A DNA stretch of 64,000 bases from Solobacterium sp. GTDB taxonomy: Bacteria > Bacillota_I > Bacilli_A > Erysipelotrichales > Erysipelotrichaceae. The notes beneath the pieces are model-generated. The model did no database searches. It was given only the letters and a program-made list of their open reading frames with translations, and was not told where the DNA came from. The DNA lies in NCBI GenBank assembly GCA_017404505.1, contig JAFRCE010000018.1:24781-88780 (forward strand), read 5' to 3'. Below are positions 27,100 to 36,513 of the stretch, piece by piece (within the stretch, counting starts at the first letter, position 1; every line of letters begins with the position of its first letter). Both the position numbers and the translations under genes were made by a program.

Positions 27100-29052
27100 T
27101 TATGAAAGCTTGCTGACTTCATCAAGCCAGAGTCTGACACTGGCGTCACTTGGCATTCGCCAGTCACCGCGCGGCGAGAGAGTCAGAGAACCGACCTTCG
27201 GTCCGTCGGGCAGACAGCTGCGCTTGAACTGCTGGTGGAAGAAACGGTTGTAGAAACGCTGCAGCGACGTGCGGATCACTTCCGGATCGACGTCGTCATA
27301 GGCACAGCATGCAAAGGCATAGATCTTGGCCGGTGCGAAGCCGTATCTCAGCATGTAGAACAGGAAGAAGTCGTTCAGATCATATTTGCCGATCTTTTCT
27401 TCCGTCTTCTGGGCGATCTGACCATCCTGATTCGGTGTCAGTTCCGGTGAGATCGGCGTATCGACAATGCTGAGCAGTGTATTTTTCAGATCCTCGCGGC
27501 CGCATGTTTCGGCATAAGAACGGCAGATATACTGCACAAGTGTCTTCGGTACGGAACCGTTGACACCGTACATCGACATATGGTCGCCGTTATAAGTGCA
27601 CCAGCCGAGGGCCAGTTCCGACAGATCGCCGGTGCCGACGACCAGTCCGTTGTGCAGGTTGGCGGCATCCATCAGGATATAGGTGCGCATTCTTGCCTGG
27701 GCGTTTTCATAGGTCGTATCCCCTTCGCCCTGATAAACGCCACTGTGGCCGATCTGCTTCAGATGATCTGTCACACCGCTGCCGATCGGCACTTCGTGGA
27801 TTTCAACATCCAGTGTCTTCATCAGATTCAGAGCGTTGTTGTAGGTCAAAGATGTCGTATTGCCTTCGGAAGGCATTGTATAGCCAATGATACGAATATC
27901 CTTTTCGATCTTCTGGGCTTCGTGGCACACCAGCAGAGCCAGCGTGCTGTCAAGACCGCCCGAGATACCGATGACCAGGTTTTTGATGCCGGTGGCACGC
28001 ACTCTTGTCGCAAGACCGTTCGCCTGGATCTGCATGATCCGGCGGCAGCGGCGTCCGCGTTCTTCGTCGTCTTTCGGAACAAAAGGATTGCGCGGAATCG
28101 GGTATGCCTCTTTCTGCAGTGCTTCCCTAAGTTCCGAGGATTTGATATTGGTCTTACCGCCTAACGGCGCCATGCTGATATCGGCTTTTCTGTACCATGC
28201 GGAATCAGCGGAAGGAAATGTATTCTGGTGAGCCCGGTTGAAGCGGATCGTTTCAACGTCGATCACGGCGGTGCTGACATGGTTCCTTTCCGGGAAGAGG
28301 ACGTTGCTGAGGATCCTGCCGTTTTCCGCGATCATCGTATGACCGGAGAAAACCAGGTCCGTCGAGGATTCGTCCGTGCCGGCGGAGACATACAGATAAC
28401 CGCAGTAGCAGCAGGAACTCTGCTGCTGGACCATCATCGTCCGGTATTCATGTTTGCCGATGATTTCATCACTGGCCGAAAGATTGACAATGATATCCGC
28501 ACCGGCCAGACACAGATGTGTGCTCGGCTTGTCCGGCACCCAGAGATCCTCGCAGATCTCCGCACCGACCGTGACGTCGTTTTCGCCGTCAGAGACCAGC
28601 ACATCGATGCCGAACGGCACTTCGTCATCACCGATCACGACGGTCCGGCCGATCACGTCCTTGCCGGAAGTAAACCACCTCTGTTCATAGAATTCACTGT
28701 AATTGGGAATATTGACCTTGGGAACCAGTGCGCATACGTGCGTGCCGCTGAGAAACGCGGCGCAGTTATACAGCTGGTTTTCATAAGCAATCGGAACACC
28801 GACGCAGACGGTCTGTCCGTCAGGAACGGCGTTGGCGATCTCGATCAGGCATTCCTTCGCCTGTTCCAGCAGGATATCCTGCTGAAAAAGATCGGCGCAG
28901 GTATAGCCGGTAATGCACAGTTCGGGAAAGACGATCAGACCGCAGTCGGCATGTTCGCGGATGATTTGCATGATCTGACCGGCATTATAGACAGGATCAG
29001 CGACTTTCAGGGCCGGTACGGCAGCCGCTGTCTTAAACATTCTGTTTTTCAT
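27100..29052 (-). CDS. nadE: glutamine-dependent NAD(+) synthetase
   Basis: 650 aa. N-terminal CN-hydrolase domain plus a C-terminal NAD synthetase domain with the PP-loop motif GISGGLDS. Confidence 0.92.
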   Translation of the reverse strand: MKNRMFKTAAAVPALKVADPVYNAGQIMQIIREHADCGLIVFPELCITGYTCADLFQQDILLEQAKECLIEIANAVPDGQTVCVGVPIAYENQLYNCAAFLSGTHVCALVPKVNIPNYSEFYEQRWFTSGKDVIGRTVVIGDDEVPFGIDVLVSDGENDVTVGAEICEDLWVPDKPSTHLCLAGADIIVNLSASDEIIGKHEYRTMMVQQQSSCCYCGYLYVSAGTDESSTDLVFSGHTMIAENGRILSNVLFPERNHVSTAVIDVETIRFNRAHQNTFPSADSAWYRKADISMAPLGGKTNIKSSELREALQKEAYPIPRNPFVPKDDEERGRRCRRIMQIQANGLATRVRATGIKNLVIGISGGLDSTLALLVCHEAQKIEKDIRIIGYTMPSEGNTTSLTYNNALNLMKTLDVEIHEVPIGSGVTDHLKQIGHSGVYQGEGDTTYENAQARMRTYILMDAANLHNGLVVGTGDLSELALGWCTYNGDHMSMYGVNGSVPKTLVQYICRSYAETCGREDLKNTLLSIVDTPISPELTPNQDGQIAQKTEEKIGKYDLNDFFLFYMLRYGFAPAKIYAFACCAYDDVDPEVIRTSLQRFYNRFFHQQFKRSCLPDGPKVGSLTLSPRGDWRMPSDASVRLWLDEVSKLS

Positions 29053-29064
29053 AGTTTTCCTCTT

Positions 29065-29670
29065 TCAGGCCACCAGGTCAAAGAGTTCCGGCGGCAGAAG
29101 ACGCTTCAGTTCACCGACATCCGGCTTTTCCGCTTTCAGCAGATGACGGATGCGGCTGGACGAATACTTCTGGTATTTTTCCGGTGTTTTCAGGACCGTG
29201 ATGTGATCTGCATGGGCACGCAGAAACGGGTCGTCCGCAATGATCTGCCGGCAGTCTTCGTCCATCCGCTGCAGACAGACAATGCCGAATTCATTGCAGA
29301 TCTCGTCGACATATTTCCAGCCGTGTTCCAGTTCCTTCAGCTTGTCGCTGCCGAACAGCAGCTGGCAGTCACATCCTTCCGTATCGCGCAGATAGCACAG
29401 TGTTTCATAGGTGCGGGGCTGATGGTCCGCTTTCAGTTCATAGTCACTGACATCCATCCAGTCTCTTTCGTGGGCGATCCGCCACAGGAAATCCAGACGC
29501 TCCTCATCCGTGAAAACGAAGTCCTTGCCCTGATCGTACTTGATATATGTTGATTTGGAAGGCACATAAATGACCTTGTCGGCGCCGGTCCGGCACATGG
29601 CATACTGAGCCAGATCGATATGTGCCCCGGTGGGAGGATTAAAAGCTCCTACATAGACGAGAGCTTTCAT
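29065..29670 (-). CDS. nadD: nicotinate(-amide) mononucleotide adenylyltransferase
   Basis: 201 aa. Nucleotidyltransferase motif GAFNPPTGAH near the N-terminus. It sits between pncB and nadE with a 4-nt overlap. Confidence 0.7.
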   Translation of the reverse strand: MKALVYVGAFNPPTGAHIDLAQYAMCRTGADKVIYVPSKSTYIKYDQGKDFVFTDEERLDFLWRIAHERDWMDVSDYELKADHQPRTYETLCYLRDTEGCDCQLLFGSDKLKELEHGWKYVDEICNEFGIVCLQRMDEDCRQIIADDPFLRAHADHITVLKTPEKYQKYSSSRIRHLLKAEKPDVGELKRLLPPELFDLVA

Positions 29671-31184
29671 ATTTTGCCACCGTGCAGTTTCTCATACATT
29701 TCTTCTCTTAACCGGGCGACTTTCGGTGTCAGGTCAACATAATGCTGGTGCGGCATTTCCGGACGCAGTTCACTTTCCCATACACGGTTGGTCAGCTGCT
29801 CGCGGATATAATCCTTTTTCTGTTGAATCGTCGGCAGATCAATGACCAGTTCACCCTTGATGATATGCGGAACAAGAATTCTTTCGATATGCGTCGGACG
29901 GATCCTCTTGACCGGATCGAAAGCATCCGGATCCAGATTGATCACTTCGATCTCCTGGCCGTCCTCGAACACCTCATCGTCCAGCGCAATGATATCGCAC
30001 TGTCCCTTTCCTTCTTCATCAAACGCACGCCAGGCCATCAGCTTGCCGGGGATGATCGCTTTCGATACCGAGTCGGAGCACTTCATCTTCGGTGTGTAGC
30101 TGCCGTCTTTTTCCTTCACGGCAACCAGCTTGTAGACACCGCCGAAAACCGGGTCAGTCGCTGAGGTGATCAGTTTTTCACCGACGCCGTAGGAATCGAA
30201 GTGAGCGTCTTCGTACAGTTCCATATTGGACATCTTCTTCTCGTCCAGAGAATTGGAAGCGACCAGTTTGATATACGGCTTGCCGGCTTTGTCGAGCGCC
30301 TTGCGCAGCTTCTTGTAGCCGCGGGCCAGGTCGCCGCTGTCAATTCTGGCACTCTTGACTCGGCGGTTCGGATCATTCGGATATTTGGCAATCAGATAAT
30401 CGTCAAGCTTGATCAGATTCGGCAGACCGGATTCGAAGATACTGTAGGTATCCAGCAGAAGTGAAACATTCTCCGGATAGGTATTGGCATAAGCTTCAAA
30501 AGCTTCGTATTCGCTCGGGAAGAATTCAATAAACGAGTGGGCGATCGTGCCGACCGCTTTCACGTCCGGTCCGAATTTCATTTCGGCAAGGCAGTTGGCC
30601 GTACCGATGCAGCCGCCGAGAACCGCCGCATAGGCACCGTCATTGCCGGCTGAGGCACCCTGGGCACGCCGGGTTCCGAATTCCATGACATTACGCGGTG
30701 TATGGGTATTCAGACCGGTGATGCGGGTCGCCTTGGTAGCGATCAGGGAATGGAAATTCATCGTCTGCAGCAGATAGGTCTCAATCAGTATGGCACCGAC
30801 CATGTCGCATTCGATTCTGACCATCGGCACCTGCGGATAGCAGACGGTTCCTTCTCTCAGCATGTAGACGTCACCCTTCCAACGGTAGTCTTTCAGGTAG
30901 GCAAGGAATTCCTCGCTCATACCCTTGGTGCGCAGCCAGATGATGTCGCGTTCGGTGAAATGATAATTCTGCAGGAAGCGCACCAGTTTGTGCTGACCGC
31001 AGCTGATGGCATAACCGAGATTGTCAGGATTCTCCCGGAAGAACATGTCAAACACCATGACAACGTCCTTGTAGCCATGCAGGAACAGTGAGTTCGCCAT
31101 TGTGAATTCATAGAAGTCAGTTACCATCGCCGGATTGTCATAATCCTCATCTGGTACGTACGGTTCAACTTTGATTTCGCTCAT
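29667..31184 (-). CDS. pncB: nicotinate phosphoribosyltransferase
   Basis: 505 aa. DFYEFTMANS... and full-length NAPRTase-like similarity, in NAD operon context. Confidence 0.88.
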   Translation of the reverse strand: MSEIKVEPYVPDEDYDNPAMVTDFYEFTMANSLFLHGYKDVVMVFDMFFRENPDNLGYAISCGQHKLVRFLQNYHFTERDIIWLRTKGMSEEFLAYLKDYRWKGDVYMLREGTVCYPQVPMVRIECDMVGAILIETYLLQTMNFHSLIATKATRITGLNTHTPRNVMEFGTRRAQGASAGNDGAYAAVLGGCIGTANCLAEMKFGPDVKAVGTIAHSFIEFFPSEYEAFEAYANTYPENVSLLLDTYSIFESGLPNLIKLDDYLIAKYPNDPNRRVKSARIDSGDLARGYKKLRKALDKAGKPYIKLVASNSLDEKKMSNMELYEDAHFDSYGVGEKLITSATDPVFGGVYKLVAVKEKDGSYTPKMKCSDSVSKAIIPGKLMAWRAFDEEGKGQCDIIALDDEVFEDGQEIEVINLDPDAFDPVKRIRPTHIERILVPHIIKGELVIDLPTIQQKKDYIREQLTNRVWESELRPEMPHQHYVDLTPKVARLREEMYEKLHGGKI

Positions 31185-31206
31185 GTTTAGAAATCTCCTT
31201 TATCAT

Positions 31207-32067
31207 CTATATTTTTTCTTCCAGGAAGGAATACAGCGGATTGAAGCGGTACAGTTCGGCCGCCTTGCCGCCGGTCGCGCATTTTCTTCCTGTCGGTTTG
31301 AGCATCTTTTTGATATCGCGGCGGAAATTGCCGGTATCAGTCTTACGGCCGATAATTGCCTCATAGACTGTCTGTGCCTGCCGCAGGGTGAATTCTTCCG
31401 GCAGCATGTTGAACAGGATGCCGGTGGAAGCCGCCCGGTGCTGAATCTGATCCATGGCCATGTTGATGGCTTTGATATGGTCACAGGCAAGTTTGGCATT
31501 GCTCTGCGGATTCAGGGATGATCTTGTTTCCACGTAATTGCTGCGGACACTGTCATTCACATCATAGATCATATGGATGTCTTTTTCATCCAGATCCATC
31601 CGCAGCACGGATTTCCGGCCGCTGTCATCGGTGTTTTCCGTGATCTTCGATATCGTGAACCAGCCGGTTTCCGCCGCGTCGTCACCGGCCGCGGTATTGC
31701 GGATGTTCTCTTCCGGTGTCATCGATAAATAAGCGGTGGTGATGATCCTGGTCCGCGGATCACGATCTGCGTTGCCGAAGGTATACAACTGCTTGAAATA
31801 CGTATTATCCGTAATGTTGGTTTCTTCCGCAAGTTCTCTCTGCACGGCTGTTTCCATGTCTTCATCGAAATTGATGAAACCGCCCGGCAGTGCCCAGTCG
31901 TGAATGAACGGATGATCACCTCTTTTGACCAGCAGAATCTTCAGAGAGCCCTCACTGATCGTCATCAGGATCATGTCTACCGTGTTGCTGGGACGGCGGT
32001 ACAGAGTCTCATCATAAGCTGCCAGGAACTCCTCAAGCGTCTGTCCCTTGGCATTGACTTCCGTCAT
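31207..32067 (-). CDS. nrtR: Nudix-related transcriptional regulator of NAD metabolism
   Basis: 286 aa. Nudix box GGFINFDEDMETAVQRELAEETNI. The C-terminal winged-helix-like segment LPEEFTLRQAQTVYEAIIGRKTDTGNFRRDIKK is present. It is the first gene of the pncB-nadD-nadE operon. Confidence 0.8.
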   Translation of the reverse strand: MTEVNAKGQTLEEFLAAYDETLYRRPSNTVDMILMTISEGSLKILLVKRGDHPFIHDWALPGGFINFDEDMETAVQRELAEETNITDNTYFKQLYTFGNADRDPRTRIITTAYLSMTPEENIRNTAAGDDAAETGWFTISKITENTDDSGRKSVLRMDLDEKDIHMIYDVNDSVRSNYVETRSSLNPQSNAKLACDHIKAINMAMDQIQHRAASTGILFNMLPEEFTLRQAQTVYEAIIGRKTDTGNFRRDIKKMLKPTGRKCATGGKAAELYRFNPLYSFLEEKI

Positions 32068-32080
32068 TGAGCACCTCCTT

Positions 32081-32097
32081 ATAGTCTATTTGACTAT
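32081..32097. promoter_or_regulatory. NrtR-type operator (palindrome with GT-N7-AC core)
   Basis: ATAGTCTATTTGACTAT has perfect 6-bp arms ATAGTC/GACTAT. It lies directly between the -10 box and the SD of nrtR. Confidence 0.65.
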
Positions 32098-32101
32098 TTA
32101 A

Positions 32102-32130
32102 ATCATAGTCCATGCCGGAGGCACTGTCAA
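32102..32130 (-). promoter_or_regulatory. sigma-A promoter of the nrtR-pncB-nadD-nadE operon
   Basis: Minus strand: TTGACA-17 nt-TATGAT. The -35 box overlaps the stop codon of the upstream GNAT gene. Confidence 0.65.
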
Positions 32131-32606
32131 CCTTGCATCGGCTTCCTTTGCCAGATCCGCTGTCCGTTGTCTTCATAAACATCTTCTGTTTCCTGAAAAC
32201 CGCAACGCCGGTACAGGGACTTCGCCTTTTCGGAAGGAGTCAGACGGACTGTCTGCCGCGGAAACAGAGCAGCCAGTTCCTTTAAAGCTCTTTCCGCCAG
32301 TCCGTTTCCCCTTTTCTCTTTTCCAACAAACATTTCGGCAAGCCGGATATAATCTGTTTCATGACAGATGATCATAAACCCGCTTCTTTCACCGATCCAG
32401 AACAGCTGACAGGGTCTTTCCTTGCGGCCCAGCGCTTCCCGGATATCGCGGTATGCCTGACCGCTTTTCAGGTATTCGATGCGGCTGGGATCATTTTCTT
32501 CTTCAATATACCGCTCATACATGGCAAAAAAGACACCTGCCTCTTCTTTTAAATCGGCTTCCCTCAGCACGGTCAGATGATTGTTATCAATTGCTTTCAT
32601 TGCCAT
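32127..32606 (-). CDS. GNAT family N-acetyltransferase
   Basis: 159 aa. The block FVGKEKRGNGLAERALKEL resembles the acetyl-CoA-binding motif. Confidence 0.8.
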   Translation of the reverse strand: MAMKAIDNNHLTVLREADLKEEAGVFFAMYERYIEEENDPSRIEYLKSGQAYRDIREALGRKERPCQLFWIGERSGFMIICHETDYIRLAEMFVGKEKRGNGLAERALKELAALFPRQTVRLTPSEKAKSLYRRCGFQETEDVYEDNGQRIWQRKPMQG

Positions 32607-32613
32607 TCATTAT

Positions 32614-32638
32614 AAAAGAAAAACCGCAGTCCTGCGGT
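32614..32638 (-). terminator. Rho-independent terminator of 32647..33156
   Basis: Minus strand: ACCGCAGGACTGCGGT hairpin followed by TTTTTCTTTT. Confidence 0.6.
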
Positions 32639-32646
32639 CAATCTGA

Positions 32647-33156
32647 TTACTTTGTCTTTTTTTTCATTCTTGTGTATTTGCGGCCGACATTCATGTTCAG
32701 GAACTTTTTCAGATATTCCTGATCTTCCTTGGCGAAGTCAAGTTCCTTTGTCGTGTATTCGTCCGGTTTCTTTTCGTCTTCCGACTCAATGGTGAAATAC
32801 GCGGCCACATAGTTCTTATCTTCCTTCAGATCCCATGATCTGACTTCTGACCACGGATAGAACTTGCCGGCGGCGACGATGCCTTCTTCACCGATGCCGT
32901 CATGAACAGACAGGAACGCTGTGACAGCGACCATGGTGGCGGCAATACGGAAGTAGTCACTGATCGTATTGCTGGCAATATTCATTAACAGTGTCGCAAT
33001 GCTCATCAGACCGATGGCGAGGAAAAAGATCCTGAGGTATCCCCACTGCTGGTCCTTGATCATAATATACTTATGTACTCTGGCCCATCTGATCAGCATG
33101 ACGATGCCGACAATGACAAACAGTACGCCGATTACAATGTTGAAAATATCTGACAT
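32647..33156 (-). CDS. small membrane protein (3 TM helices plus a soluble C-terminal domain, DUF5673-like)
   Basis: 169 aa. Three hydrophobic helices, then ...GKFYPWSEVRSWDLKEDKNYVAAYFTIE.... The family assignment is tentative. Confidence 0.55.
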   Translation of the reverse strand: MSDIFNIVIGVLFVIVGIVMLIRWARVHKYIMIKDQQWGYLRIFFLAIGLMSIATLLMNIASNTISDYFRIAATMVAVTAFLSVHDGIGEEGIVAAGKFYPWSEVRSWDLKEDKNYVAAYFTIESEDEKKPDEYTTKELDFAKEDQEYLKKFLNMNVGRKYTRMKKKTK

Positions 33157-33238
33157 AGCAACTCCTTATAAATACAACACGGTTATTATAACACTGTCCA
33201 TATTGTTTTCCTAAAATAAACTTTATATAATTTCTGAA

Positions 33239-34069
33239 ATGGAAAAAGACAGAATCCGGATGTTTGTGACTGATCTCGACGGGACCCTGCTGTCCCGTTT
33301 TTCCACGCTGTCCGACCGGGCCGCGGAAGATCTGAAGAAACTGAAGGAAAACGGCATCATCGTCGTCATCTGCACCGGCCGGCCATTCTACAGCGTGAAC
33401 CGCATCATTCCCGAAGAACTGTATGATTACGCCATCTGCATGAACGGCCAGGATATCTATCTTCCCAACGGCAGACGTCATATCCGGCAGCCATATCTGC
33501 GCAAGGAACAGGTGGAGTATCTTCTCTCTTTTCTGGAAAGATACCCGCTTGTCGCCGAATGCAACATCAATGATTCGTCGCATTACTATATCGCAAAGAA
33601 ATACCTGTTCCTGAGACGCGGCATTGACCTGATCAAGTATTTCATCGACATCCTTCAGCATTCCCAGCGGTATCAGGTCAGACTCAATACCGATTACCGT
33701 GATGTCGCATCCCATAAACTCGGCAAGATCTGCTTTGCCGGCCTGCATATGACACTGATGAAAGTCGTCCGACAGCTTCCTCTGGATCAGTTCTCCGTCA
33801 CCTATGTCAATTCCCGCTGGATCGAGATCCAGACAGCCAACATTTCCAAGGGTCTTGCCCTCAGAAAAGTCATGTATCTGTGTGGTGTGAACAGGGATGA
33901 GACGGTCGCCTGCGGAGATGGTGAAAACGATATTCCGATGCTGCAGGAAGTAACGCACGCGGTCGTTATGAAAAATGCCATGGCAAAAGTCAGAAAATAC
34001 GGAAAATATACGGCCGGAAACTGTTATGATGAAGGACTTGCTGAATGGATCGAAAGGAATCTGCTATAA
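33239..34069 (+). CDS. Cof-type HAD-IIB family hydrolase
   Basis: 276 aa. MFVTDLDGTLL (motif I), ...ACGDGENDIPML (motif IV). Confidence 0.88.
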   Translation: MEKDRIRMFVTDLDGTLLSRFSTLSDRAAEDLKKLKENGIIVVICTGRPFYSVNRIIPEELYDYAICMNGQDIYLPNGRRHIRQPYLRKEQVEYLLSFLERYPLVAECNINDSSHYYIAKKYLFLRRGIDLIKYFIDILQHSQRYQVRLNTDYRDVASHKLGKICFAGLHMTLMKVVRQLPLDQFSVTYVNSRWIEIQTANISKGLALRKVMYLCGVNRDETVACGDGENDIPMLQEVTHAVVMKNAMAKVRKYGKYTAGNCYDEGLAEWIERNLL

Positions 34070-34076
34070 TATATGT

Positions 34077-34592
34077 ATGAGCAGGGTCGATTTAAAACCA
34101 TATCTGAATAAATTCATCACCGTAACGCTGGATGACGGCAAAGAGGAATCTGGTTTCATCTCCAATCCGGAAGACTTTAAAAAAGACGCGAACGATGACG
34201 GCATTCTTGTTCTCCTCAACGGTCTGATGAATGCGGAAGTCAAAGTGTCAAGAATTGTCGCGGTCAGAGAAGCGGTCCGCGAGGACACGGTCAAGATTCC
34301 GATCGTCGGATATGACGCGCCGCTCGTCAGACAGGATACGGAAGAACTTCCCGTCCAGGACAGTGAACCGCTGAAAGAAGACAAAGAAGTAACTGACACG
34401 ATCCAGGAACTTCTGAAAGAAGACCGGGAAGAATCGGAAAGCATCCGCCAGCTGCTCGGTGACGATCATTCAGCAGATGTTGACGCCGCGATCGACGAAC
34501 TCTTTGACAAGAGCTTCTCAGACACGATGGACGTCGATGTCTCGACCTTGCTGATGCCGACCGTCAAAGATGATGACAGCACCGGTGAATGA
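34077..34592 (+). CDS. hypothetical acidic protein (171 aa)
   Basis: The track ORF starts at 33975 inside the Cof gene. ATG 34077 lies just after the Cof stop. The C-terminal two thirds are very D/E-rich, and I recognise no motif. Confidence 0.5.
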   Translation: MSRVDLKPYLNKFITVTLDDGKEESGFISNPEDFKKDANDDGILVLLNGLMNAEVKVSRIVAVREAVREDTVKIPIVGYDAPLVRQDTEELPVQDSEPLKEDKEVTDTIQELLKEDREESESIRQLLGDDHSADVDAAIDELFDKSFSDTMDVDVSTLLMPTVKDDDSTGE

Positions 34593-34619
34593 TCCTTTGT
34601 TCTGTATATAAACTAAAAT

Positions 34620-34655
34620 GCCGTCTGTACGATCCCGTACGGACGGCTTTCATTT
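34620..34655 (+). terminator. Rho-independent terminator
   Basis: GCCGTCTGTACG-ATCC-CGTACGGACGGC followed by TTTCATTT. Confidence 0.75.
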
Positions 34656-34795
34656 ATCGTTCCTGTATTAAGGACGGTAATTCCCCCTCATGACAGAAGG
34701 CTTTCTGTTGGAATACTGCCGGGAATTTATCTTCTTTTCCCAATCCCTGCCCTCATAACAATCAACACGACTGCTCATGAACTGGTTTGCAGCAA

Positions 34796-35029
34796 TCAGT
34801 GCCAGGTGTATGGGAACATCTGTTCGTCAAAGTCACCGTCTTCATGGATTTATACGAGACCCATCTGATTCAGTTCCGGATAAAGGTTTACCTGAGATCC
34901 GCAGCTTGTGCAGATGCAGCTGTCCACAGCGATCCGTGTGCCGTCAGCATAGCCTTTGTAACCCTGAAGCTGCGAGCGCAGTGTTCCTTCTGCACCGCAG
35001 GCCGGACATTTGATTTTGGCTGCCCGCAT
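34796..35029 (-). pseudogene. leaderless paralogue of GG peptide 3 with an in-frame TAA (59-aa ORF 34850..35029 plus 17 more homologous codons)
   Basis: Below the track cutoff. The sequence MRAAKIKCPACGAEGTLRSQLQGYKGYADGTRIAVDSCICTSCGSQVNLYPELNQMGLV*IHEDGDFDEQMFPYTWH* aligns with residues ~34-102 of the 50525..50833 product. By hand alignment 28/53 residues are identical before the stop, and ...F...MFP is conserved after it. Confidence 0.6.
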
Positions 35030-35125
35030 CTACCTGATTACAGCAAAATGCTTCCTTAAAACAGAAAAAGGCAAACTCTGTCTTATTTACAGAATTTACC
35101 CTGCGATCATACACACTGACTTTGA

Positions 35126-36508
35126 TTATTTGATTTTTAAAACCTGTTCTCTGACCCATACCGTCTGTTCAATGACCGACTGACGGGATGTGCCGCCCTG
35201 GGAACGGCGGCTGTTGACAGCTTTCTTCAGATCGATCGCATCATAGAGATCTTCTTCGAACAGTTCACTGTACTGACGATAGGTTTCCAGCGGCAGACTT
35301 TCCAGCACCTGCCCTTCTTCGATGCAGGCATGCACGATTTTGCCGCTGATCTGATAGGCACTCCGAAACGGCATGCCTTTGCGCACCAGATAATCCGCCA
35401 GATCCGTCGCGTTGATAAAACCCTGCCGCGACGCTTTCAGCATCTCCGCTTCGTTCACCTTCATCGTCGCCAGCATCCCCTTCAGGACATCCAGACAAAC
35501 AGCGGCGGTGTCAAACGCGTCGAAGACCGGCTCCTTGTCCTCCTGCATGTCCTTGTTGTAGGCCAGCGGGATGCCTTTCATTACCGTCAGCAACGACATC
35601 AGGTCGCCGTACACACGGCCGGTCTTGCCGCGGATCAGCTCCGCCATGTCCGGATTCTTTTTCTGCGGCATGATCGAAGACCCGGTCGTATAGGCGTCTG
35701 AGAGTTCAACGAACCGGAATTCCCAGCTTGACCAGAGGATGATCTCTTCGGCAAAACGCGACATATGCATCATCAGTATGGCAAGCGCGCTGAGCATCTC
35801 AAGACAGAAGTCCCGGTCGCTGACCGCGTCCATACTGTTGAGGGCCAGTCCGTCAAAGCCAAGGAGTTCCGCTTCATATTCCCGGTCGGTATCGTAGGTC
35901 GTGCCGGCTAAGGCGCAGGCACCGATCGGTGACATGTTCATCCGCTTCGCAGCATCCTGAAGTCTGCCGATGTCCCTGAGAAACATCATTTCATACGCGA
36001 GAAGATGCTGGCCGAAAACGACCGGCTGGGCTCTCTGCAGATGAGTATAGCCCGGCATGACCGTGTCACTGTATTTTTCCGCCGCCGCATTCAGTACTTC
36101 GATCAGACTGACGGTCTTTCTGATCAGATCCGCGGACAGCCGGCGCAGATACATTCTGGTATCGAGAGCCACCTGATCGTTGCGGCTTCTTGCCGTATGC
36201 AGCATCTTTCCTTCCGCACCGATCCGTTCTGTCAGTACCTGCTCGACAAACATATGGATGTCTTCCGCCTGCGGATCGATCGTAAGATCGCCGCTTTCAA
36301 GATCCTGCAGGATCCCTCGCAGTCCCTCGGTGATATGATCGGCCGCCACGGGCGGAAGGATACCCTGCTTCTTCAGCATAGCCGCATGGGCAATGGAGCC
36401 GGAGATATCCTCACGGAACATCTGTGAATCGATCCGGATCGATGAATTGAAATCATCGGCGACGGAATCTGTGATGCCGTCCGTTCTGCCTGCCCACCTC
36501 TGTGCCAT
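35126..36508 (-). CDS. argH: argininosuccinate lyase
   Basis: 460 aa. Fumarate-lyase signature GSSIMPQKKNPD. Immediately downstream of argG. Confidence 0.95.
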   Translation of the reverse strand: MAQRWAGRTDGITDSVADDFNSSIRIDSQMFREDISGSIAHAAMLKKQGILPPVAADHITEGLRGILQDLESGDLTIDPQAEDIHMFVEQVLTERIGAEGKMLHTARSRNDQVALDTRMYLRRLSADLIRKTVSLIEVLNAAAEKYSDTVMPGYTHLQRAQPVVFGQHLLAYEMMFLRDIGRLQDAAKRMNMSPIGACALAGTTYDTDREYEAELLGFDGLALNSMDAVSDRDFCLEMLSALAILMMHMSRFAEEIILWSSWEFRFVELSDAYTTGSSIMPQKKNPDMAELIRGKTGRVYGDLMSLLTVMKGIPLAYNKDMQEDKEPVFDAFDTAAVCLDVLKGMLATMKVNEAEMLKASRQGFINATDLADYLVRKGMPFRSAYQISGKIVHACIEEGQVLESLPLETYRQYSELFEEDLYDAIDLKKAVNSRRSQGGTSRQSVIEQTVWVREQVLKIK

Positions 36509-36513
36509 ATGTT

